Source of the DNA: an archaeon
GTDB taxonomy: Archaea > Thermoproteota > Thermoprotei_A > Marsarchaeales > Marsarchaeaceae
Reading direction: 5' to 3'
NCBI GenBank assembly: GCA_021800035.1
Contig: JAJYZJ010000002.1
Span: 497-64,496, forward strand
DNA: 64,000 nucleotides
Under the pieces are notes generated by a model, which was not told the DNA's origin, did not search any database, and saw only the letters and a program-made list of their open reading frames with translations. How positions within the stretch are numbered: the stretch's first letter is position 1; every line of letters starts with the position of its first letter. The translations under genes and the position numbers were made by a program. Shown in pieces: positions 59,103 to 64,000 of the stretch.

Positions 59103-59492
59103 ATGACCGACCCGCAGTCCGCTAAAGAGTTGGTCGAGAAAGCCTACATCTACATAGATCGCCTGACAAAGGAGTGCAAGAAATCGTTGATGCCGAAGTT
59201 TATCTCCGAGAAAAGAACCGGCAGTATAGACGAATTGATTCAGTATTCAGCGCATGAGGTGGAAGCCTGGTTTTGGGCGCGCGACCGTGGACTTGGCCTC
59301 AAAGCAAATAGCGCTTTGGCCAAAAAGGGCCCCCGAGGAGACTTCCATGTAATACTCTCGGGGAGGAATAAGGATGCCAAGTTTGAGCTGAATTTCGACG
59401 TGGATACGGTACCGAACGCAACTACGCCAGATGCCTACCTTATCAGGAATTTCAACATTTCTGCTGAAAAGAGCAAGTTCTCCCGACTCTAG
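59103..59492 (+). CDS. hypothetical protein
   Basis: 129-aa ORF with ordinary soluble-protein composition. No motif recognised. Confidence 0.4.
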   Translation: MTDPQSAKELVEKAYIYIDRLTKECKKSLMPKFISEKRTGSIDELIQYSAHEVEAWFWARDRGLGLKANSALAKKGPRGDFHVILSGRNKDAKFELNFDVDTVPNATTPDAYLIRNFNISAEKSKFSRL

Positions 59493-59510
59493 CTTGTTAT
59501 ACATAAGGCC

Positions 59511-61034
59511 TCAGAGCCACCAGCCTACTGAAGGACCTGCAATGACCCGCGCAAGTTCTTCGATTAGGGGGCCCAAAACAATGTCTTTGTCTGTTTGCGG
59601 GACCACGCTGCGCACTCTTTCATACATAGCGCGGGAGGCCGGACCAAGCCCGGACACTCTGTTTGCCAGCTCAGCCGCCCGCGCAGCGCACATCGACTCG
59701 ATTGCTGCAATGTACCATAAATTCCGTTCAACACGAAGTAACTTCTTGCCAGAGGCCATTCCCATACTGGCGTGGTCTTCTTGACCAGCGGACACGGACG
59801 CCGTGTCGACGCTCGCTGGATGCGAAAGAATACGCGATTCGGCTAGGAGCGAAGCAGCGGTGTATTGCGTAACCATATAGCCAGAATTCAGACCTCCTTC
59901 AGTAGCAAGAAAGGCGGGAAGGCCGCTGTAAACGGGGTTCAATATCCGCTCTACTCTTCTCTCTGAAAGATTTGCAATTGGGACAAGCGCAATCGCAAGA
60001 GTGTCGAGCGCCATTGCTACAGCTTGAGCGTGAAAGTTTCCTCCGCTGAGCGCTATGTTCTCATCAGGAAAGAGCAAAGGATTGTCGCTGACTGAGTTAA
60101 TGTCAATAGTGAGAATTTCCTCTGCGAATCTGAGGGCCTCTCTCGCCGCCCCATGTACCTGGGGTATGCATCGGATGCTGTAGGGCTCCTGAACTCGAAG
60201 CATCGCTCCAGTTGAATTGCTTCCCCGCAGTAGACTCCTCATATATTCAGCAGACTCAACTTGCCCCGGTATGGGCCTCAGTAGCTGAATCCTTTTGTCA
60301 AACGCCTCTGCTCCTGCCCCGAGCGCCTCAATTGTGAGGGCCCCTGCATTCTCGAAAGCACGAATCAGGTTGTCCGCGGAAACAACGCCCAAACACCCCA
60401 AGGCAGAAGTCATTTGAGTTCCGTTCACAAGCGCGAGTCCTTCCTTCGGGCCGAGCGAGACAGGCAGGAGTCCTTCTCTAGAAAACACTTCAGAAGTGTT
60501 CGACCATGAACCGTGAAAATGCACAGTTCCTTCGCCGAGAAGGGTGAGCGCCACATGAGAAAGGGGAGCTAGATCTCCGGATGCACCCAGCGAACCGTGT
60601 TCAGGTACGAAGGGAGTTATCCCCCTGTTAAGGCACTCGTTCAGGAGCAAAAGAGCGTCTACAGATATTCCGGAGTGTCCCCTCGCCAAGGTATTCAGTC
60701 GAAGCGCCATTGCTGCCCTAACGATTGCTTGCGGAAGAGGGTCACCGACTCCCGTCGAGTGGCTCCTTACAAGATTCTTCTGAAGTTCGGTCGCGAGCTC
60801 GGGCTGGACACTCCTGGAGGCAAGTGACCCGAAACCAGTGGTAACTCCATATACTTTCCTTCCTTCACGCATAAGTCGAGCTACGTAATCTCGGCATCGC
60901 GCCACATTTTGGAGCGCACTAGCTGAGAGTTCGACAGTCGCCTGCCCAAGCGCAATTCTCGACACCACTTCAACCGTCAGATCAGTGCCGGTTATTACAA
61001 CGCGATCAATTTTTTGGCTCTGACTGCCTGCCAT
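59511..61034 (-). CDS. hutH: histidine ammonia-lyase (MIO-dependent aromatic amino acid lyase)
   Basis: MIO-forming GSLGASGDLAPLSH, and LQKNLVRSHSTGVG with a Ser-His selectivity pair, as in HAL rather than PAL/TAL. Confidence 0.9.
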   Translation of the reverse strand: MAGSQSQKIDRVVITGTDLTVEVVSRIALGQATVELSASALQNVARCRDYVARLMREGRKVYGVTTGFGSLASRSVQPELATELQKNLVRSHSTGVGDPLPQAIVRAAMALRLNTLARGHSGISVDALLLLNECLNRGITPFVPEHGSLGASGDLAPLSHVALTLLGEGTVHFHGSWSNTSEVFSREGLLPVSLGPKEGLALVNGTQMTSALGCLGVVSADNLIRAFENAGALTIEALGAGAEAFDKRIQLLRPIPGQVESAEYMRSLLRGSNSTGAMLRVQEPYSIRCIPQVHGAAREALRFAEEILTIDINSVSDNPLLFPDENIALSGGNFHAQAVAMALDTLAIALVPIANLSERRVERILNPVYSGLPAFLATEGGLNSGYMVTQYTAASLLAESRILSHPASVDTASVSAGQEDHASMGMASGKKLLRVERNLWYIAAIESMCAARAAELANRVSGLGPASRAMYERVRSVVPQTDKDIVLGPLIEELARVIAGPSVGWWL

Positions 61035-61206
61035 GATGCTCTCGGTCGCAGGGCGTATTTAGGCAGGTCGTCCGGGCCGCGACATTGCGCGTTTAGGTGA
61101 TGTAATGAGATGGCAGCTCTCTATGCACTTGAGACCTGCCCGTCCTCGAATTTCGGAATTATGACCGCCCGCAGACATGGCTTGGAATACGGCTACCAGC
61201 TTGAGA

Positions 61207-62337
61207 CTAGCGCAGGCTTGGAATTTTTCTGTTCAGTTTTACTTCAATGTCCGAAAAAGCTTGCCGGTCACGCGGTGACACTAGGCTGAATGCCTTGCCG
61301 GTCTTTCCCATTCTGCCAGTCCTTCCGATCCTGTGAACATAGGTCAATGGCTCCATCGGAATGTCGTAGTTTATAACGCGCTCTATTCCATTAACATCAA
61401 GACCCCTTGCGGCCACATCAGTAGCAACCAACATGCTGATGTGCCCTTTGCGAAACATCGAAAGCACCTTATTTCGCTGAGCCTGCGAAAGATCACCATT
61501 CATCCATCCTACTCGATAGCCCTTCGCAGAAAGGGCGCGGCCCAAACGCTCAGACCTTCTCTTCGTGGCCGTAAAGATCAAAGTCTTGCTCGCTCGTTCT
61601 TCGCGAAGGATACGCTCTAGTTCACGCTCCTTAGCCGCATCACTTCCGACATCTAGCGCGAAGTGAGAGATTGTCTCTACGTTGAATTCGTCGGCCCCTA
61701 ACCTCACAGTGCGAAAGTCAACGGCGTAACGGTTGGCAAGCCTTTCGACTTCCGGGGGAATCGTTGCCGAAAATAGTCCTATGAGGTCAAAGCTTCTTGC
61801 ACCCCTTAAGATTCTGTCGACATCGTCAATGAAACCCATATCCAGCATTCGGTCCGCCTCATCTACGATCACCGTTTTGAAGTGCTCAAGCTTGAGGCTG
61901 CCGCGGGACACGTGATCAAGGATCCTGCCGGGTGTGCCTACTATCACATCATAACCCCGCCTGAGGGAATCAAACTGAGGATTTATCGACAAACCGCCGA
62001 TAAGAGTAACCACTCTCACTCTAGAGTAAAATCCAAGCCTCTGGAATTCCCCGGCCACTTGCTCTGCAAGTTCCCGGGTGGGCGCAAGTACAAGATGCGG
62101 GCCCATGCCAGTCCGGAACCTGTGAAGAATTGGGATTGCAAAGGACGCCGTCTTCCCAGTTCCCGTCTTGGACTGCACCAAGACGTTGTTCATATTCATC
62201 AGGAGCGGAATTACCTCCTCCTGCACTTCTGTGGGGACCGTATAGCCAGCGCCGACTACCCCCTTTGCTACGTTTGCGTCTAAACCAAATATATCGAAGC
62301 CACTTTTTTTGTGCTCCGTTACGTCCATACTTTGCAT
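61207..62337 (-). CDS. DEAD-box ATP-dependent RNA helicase (minimal core)
   Basis: Q-motif region GYTVPTEVQ, SKTGTGKT, VDEADRMLDMGF, SAT, and HRIGRTGRMG. Confidence 0.95.
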   Translation of the reverse strand: MQSMDVTEHKKSGFDIFGLDANVAKGVVGAGYTVPTEVQEEVIPLLMNMNNVLVQSKTGTGKTASFAIPILHRFRTGMGPHLVLAPTRELAEQVAGEFQRLGFYSRVRVVTLIGGLSINPQFDSLRRGYDVIVGTPGRILDHVSRGSLKLEHFKTVIVDEADRMLDMGFIDDVDRILRGARSFDLIGLFSATIPPEVERLANRYAVDFRTVRLGADEFNVETISHFALDVGSDAAKERELERILREERASKTLIFTATKRRSERLGRALSAKGYRVGWMNGDLSQAQRNKVLSMFRKGHISMLVATDVAARGLDVNGIERVINYDIPMEPLTYVHRIGRTGRMGKTGKAFSLVSPRDRQAFSDIEVKLNRKIPSLR

Positions 62338-62921
62338 AATATTTTACCGTCCGCACGCGGTCGCGGGCGGACAACATAATTGTAAACCCGTCCTCAACCG
62401 GTGATTTGACAGTACCCTATAGTTCCCATAGCCCTCTATTAAGGATATCTAATAATGTTGCTTCAGGAGCCATTACCAGACGCTGTTGACGCGAAACTAA
62501 TTTGGGCAGAGCCGAACTGATCAAAAGTTGTCAGCATCCGTCAAATTTGGCTCACCAGCCGGTCGTACAAAAAGCTGCCAAGTCCTCGGAGGATTTTTCC
62601 TTAGCCAGAAAGCTGTACCGTACAAAGAGATTACTTAAGTCGGGGGTATGGTCTTCATCCAGGTCCGCGAGCTTAGCTCACAAGAGGTAGCCTAAAGTTG
62701 CACCATGGAAATAACCAGCAACGAACAACTTCGCGTTGCTTCAGTAACAAGTCCGAGTTCGTGTGCAAGCATCCACTGCAAATAGCTCGTAGTTGTTTGC
62801 TCTTCGGCAAAAGATGCTCAGTGGGCAGCGGAGCGCCTAGTGCCAGCTTTCACGGGTCTCAAACAGTGAGCCTACGCGGAAGACTTACTTTAGTCAGGCC
62901 TTCTACGGGGTAGACGCTGAC

Positions 62922-64000
62922 TTGATCGCTAGCCTGAGTTATTCGGCAGGGCTCCTACTCCTGAGGGGCTCGACAGCAGCGCCGAAATTTTCGAAGTGGG
63001 ACCCCAAACTGGCAGCGTACGTATGCGAAGCTATTAACTATCCCAGAATGAGGAAATTTTTGGAAGAGAATAACATCAGCTTTTCGGACAGTGTCGTCCA
63101 AGCAATCGAAGCTCCACGCTTTACTGATAGACTCACGTTGAGAGATTATCAAGTGGAGGCACTCGGAAAATGGGAGGAAGCCGGCCGAAGGGGAGTTCTC
63201 GTACTGCCGACTGGAGCCGGTAAAACTGCGCTGGCGGTGCGCGCAATCTCTGAGCTAACAGTCCCGACTCTCGTTCTCGTTCCTACCATAGACCTGCTCG
63301 ACCAATGGGAGGAGACACTTCAGAGCCACGGAGCGAGGGTAAGCGTCCTCGGCGGTGGTCGTAGAGAATACGGGGGGCTCACGGTTGCAACATACGATTC
63401 AGCTTCAATCGGACACGCTGAGCTTGGGAACAAATACATGTTCCTTGTATTCGACGAGGTTCATCATTTACCATCGGCAGTCTTCAGCAAGGTGGCCAAG
63501 TCATCGATTGCACCCTATCGTCTCGGGCTAACTGCAACGGTGGAAAGGGAAGACGGACTCCACGCAGCATTACCACAGCTGGTTGGGCCCGTTGTATACA
63601 CCGCAACCCATTCCGAAATGAGCGGCAAATACCTCGCAGACTTCGAGACCGAAATAATACGCGTGTCCTTAGATGCCCTCGAGAGAGAAGCCTATGAAGA
63701 ACTTATCAAGAAATACCGGTCGGTGCTAAGTAAATATCGGATTCGCGTTCGCAGTCCCAAAGATTTTCAGAGATTAGTAATCCTGAGCGGGAGGAACAGG
63801 GAGATTAGGGAAGCCCTGCTTGCGCGCGCAGACGCCCAGCGGCTTGCGTTCAACGCAGAGGGAAAATTGAAGGTTCTCGCTAGTCTCCTGAAAAAATATC
63901 AAGGTGAAAAAGTGATTATCTTTACACAGTTTAATGACCTCGTGGAAAGCATAAGTCGAAAATTCCTCGTGCCTGCTATAACTCATAACACCGCCAGAGA
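62922..64000 (+). CDS. xpb: XPB/Rad25-type SF2 DNA helicase, 3' end outside window
   Basis: Absent from the ORF track because it runs off the window. Hand translation gives LRDYQVEAL, LPTGAGKT, DEVHH and LTATVEREDG (RED motif). The N-terminus MIASLSYSAGLLLLRG.. aligns with the A. fulgidus XPB damage-recognition domain as I recall it. The first usable start is TTG 62922. Confidence 0.85.
   Translation, partial: MIASLSYSAGLLLLRGSTAAPKFSKWDPKLAAYVCEAINYPRMRKFLEENNISFSDSVVQAIEAPRFTDRLTLRDYQVEALGKWEEAGRRGVLVLPTGAGKTALAVRAISELTVPTLVLVPTIDLLDQWEETLQSHGARVSVLGGGRREYGGLTVATYDSASIGHAELGNKYMFLVFDEVHHLPSAVFSKVAKSSIAPYRLGLTATVEREDGLHAALPQLVGPVVYTATHSEMSGKYLADFETEIIRVSLDALEREAYEELIKKYRSVLSKYRIRVRSPKDFQRLVILSGRNREIREALLARADAQRLAFNAEGKLKVLASLLKKYQGEKVIIFTQFNDLVESISRKFLVPAITHNTAR

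Noticed and set aside
1-64000. CRISPR arrays, tRNA/rRNA genes, IS elements, prophage or classical defence/toxin-antitoxin modules
   Set aside because: Reading all spacers longer than 100 nt, I found no regularly spaced direct repeats, no GGTTCGAATCC-type T-arm with a matching acceptor stem, no transposase or intact integrase ORF, and no restriction, Cas, Abi or TA-like gene pairs. This was an eyeball search only. tRNAscan-SE, Infernal and a defence-system HMM scan should confirm it.

Overview
Archaeal chromosomal segment, about 50% GC and roughly 85-90% coding, with about 58 protein genes. By eye I found no rRNA, tRNA, CRISPR array or intact mobile element. Several markers point to a Thermoplasmata-like archaeon, which is an inference. 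They are a tricorn protease, a MoaD/SAMP-like GG protein paired with an E1-like enzyme, an XPB helicase with a RED motif, a split cobalamin-independent MetE, an archaeal-type glycogen debranching enzyme, and AT-rich TATA elements ~27-34 nt upstream of start codons.

Gene content is metabolic and housekeeping:
- Ten scattered molybdenum-cofactor genes: moaD-like, E1/moeB-like, moaE, coxG, an orphan coxM-like FAD subunit, mocA-like, moaC, moaB, xdhC and moeA.
- Peptide and amino-acid catabolism: tricorn, S9 and M20 peptidases, an amidohydrolase, an enolase-superfamily racemase and histidine ammonia-lyase.
- The pntAA-pntAB-pntB transhydrogenase.
- Glycogen/starch enzymes (debranching enzyme and GH15) flanking an ABC pair.
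- sufB-sufD, separated from sufC by an oppositely oriented peptidase gene.
- An operon of a short MTHFR-like gene plus split MetE.
- mfnB (methanofuran biosynthesis) coupled to a TusA-like gene.
- Several transporters (APC, NhaP, MFS, LysE, MarC, two ABC systems), plus nth, a DEAD-box helicase and XPB.

I see no classical defence, toxin-antitoxin or mobile system, and I cannot point to a clear-cut novel multi-gene system. The best leads are:
- the MTHFR-like/split-MetE module, whose MTHFR-like gene lacks a canonical start codon for its conserved N-terminus;
- the SAMP-like/E1 pair, whose E1 carries an unassigned C-terminal domain;
- the mfnB-tusA-like pair next to Mo-insertion genes;
- a decayed gene remnant upstream of tricorn;
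- several unusually long ORF-free spacers that could hide ncRNAs.
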